Assembly (NCBI GenBank): GCA_964529405.1
Contig: CAZGWE010000005.1
Span: 1-62,128 of the forward strand
Origin: an uncultured Candidatus Saccharibacteria bacterium
GTDB lineage: Bacteria; Patescibacteriota; UBA1384; XYA2-FULL-43-10; 1-14-0-10-43-13
Length of the DNA stretch: 62,128 bases
Reading direction: 5' to 3'
Part shown: one piece after another, positions 61,909 to 62,128 of the stretch
How positions within the stretch are numbered: the stretch's first letter is position 1
Layout of the letters: every line of letters begins with the position of its first letter
Notes under the pieces: model-generated
What the model saw: the letters and a program-made list of their open reading frames with translations, nothing else
What the model was told of the DNA's origin: nothing
The model's database searches: none
Made by a program: the position numbers and the translations under genes

Positions 61909-61962
61909 TCGATTCCCCAGTCCGGCCTCATCCTTCCCCGCCGCTCGTTCTCCACATCATAA

Positions 61963-62000
61963 GCCTGCCCCGTGCTCCATGCACTTGGCAGGCCTTTTTT
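61963..62000 (+). terminator. Rho-independent terminator of cargo C
   Basis: GCCTGCCccgtgctccatgcacttGGCAGGCctttttt. Confidence 0.7.
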
Positions 62001-62014
62001 ATGTCTGGAATAAA

Positions 62015-62128
62015 TGTCATTTCGACGAGTCATCGAGGAGAAATCTACGACTTAATGAGTCCCTTAAAAGCAAAGATCCTCACGTCGTCCACAGGACTTC
62101 CTGCGGTCGCAACTCCTCAGGATGACAT
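62015..62128. repeat. Composite nested hairpin element (cut by window edge)
   Basis: tgtcatttcgacgagtcatcgaggagaaatctacgacttaatgag + agatcctcacgtcg...ctcaggatgacat. Same composite order as 42231-42358. Confidence 0.75.

Noticed and set aside
1-62128. Alternative genetic code (UGA as sense, as in some CPR lineages).
   Set aside because: Conserved proteins (dnaE, recQ, dnaB, gltX) are full length under the standard code. TGA is used as a stop, for example at the pilM/pilN ATGA overlap and at the DUF559/TrmB-2 junction.
24000-62128. Prophage, integron or IS element as an explanation for the accessory regions.
   Set aside because: No integrase, transposase, attC-like array, capsid/terminase or Cas gene was recognisable in any frame. 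Mobility is inferred only from repeats, so the elements are reported as repeats/cassettes rather than as defined mobile elements.

Overview
A 62-kb window with a moderately low G+C content, standard stop codons and compact genes. By inference it comes from a small-genome, CPR/Patescibacteria-like bacterium.

Core content:
- A leftward replication block: holA, a split Pol I (5'-3' exonuclease, rdgB, polymerase domain), dnaB and dnaX.
- This block diverges at 11.4-11.8 kb from a rightward type IV pilus operon: an HU-PilB fusion, pilC, pilM, pilN and pilO.
- Also present: dnaE, recQ, gltX, gmk, ndk, rpsT, rplS, rpmA, lepB, cell-envelope genes, and four tRNAs (Glu-CTC, Gln-CTG, Arg-GCG, Ser-GCT).

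Accessory content lies at 24-33 kb, 39.8-45.2 kb and 51-62 kb.

The most interesting pattern is six TrmB-like regulator paralogues. Each is divergently paired with the same near-consensus promoter plus a conserved initial transcribed block (ATTGACA-N17/18-TGCTATAATGGC-NN-GTTCACGATGAG). These promoters drive unrelated, visibly G+C-richer cargo genes:
- small W-rich orphans;
- a tandem RpoA-alphaCTD-like protein;
- a radical SAM/SPASM-like enzyme.

Other accessory items:
- a GHKL-ATPase + DUF4325 (STAS-like) pair, and a fused wHTH-GHKL-DUF4325 version inside a direct-repeat-bracketed cassette;
- AbiEi/AbiEii;
- a PIN toxin;
- RhuM-Fic;
- DUF559;
- a PaaX-like gene bracketed by identical 40-bp perfect palindromes.

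The window is saturated with hairpin (MITE/REP-like) elements and 7-8-bp microsatellites. Several of these sit in frame inside essential genes.

No rRNA, CRISPR array, integrase or transposase was recognised. All calls come from reading the sequence and motifs by eye; no database search was run.
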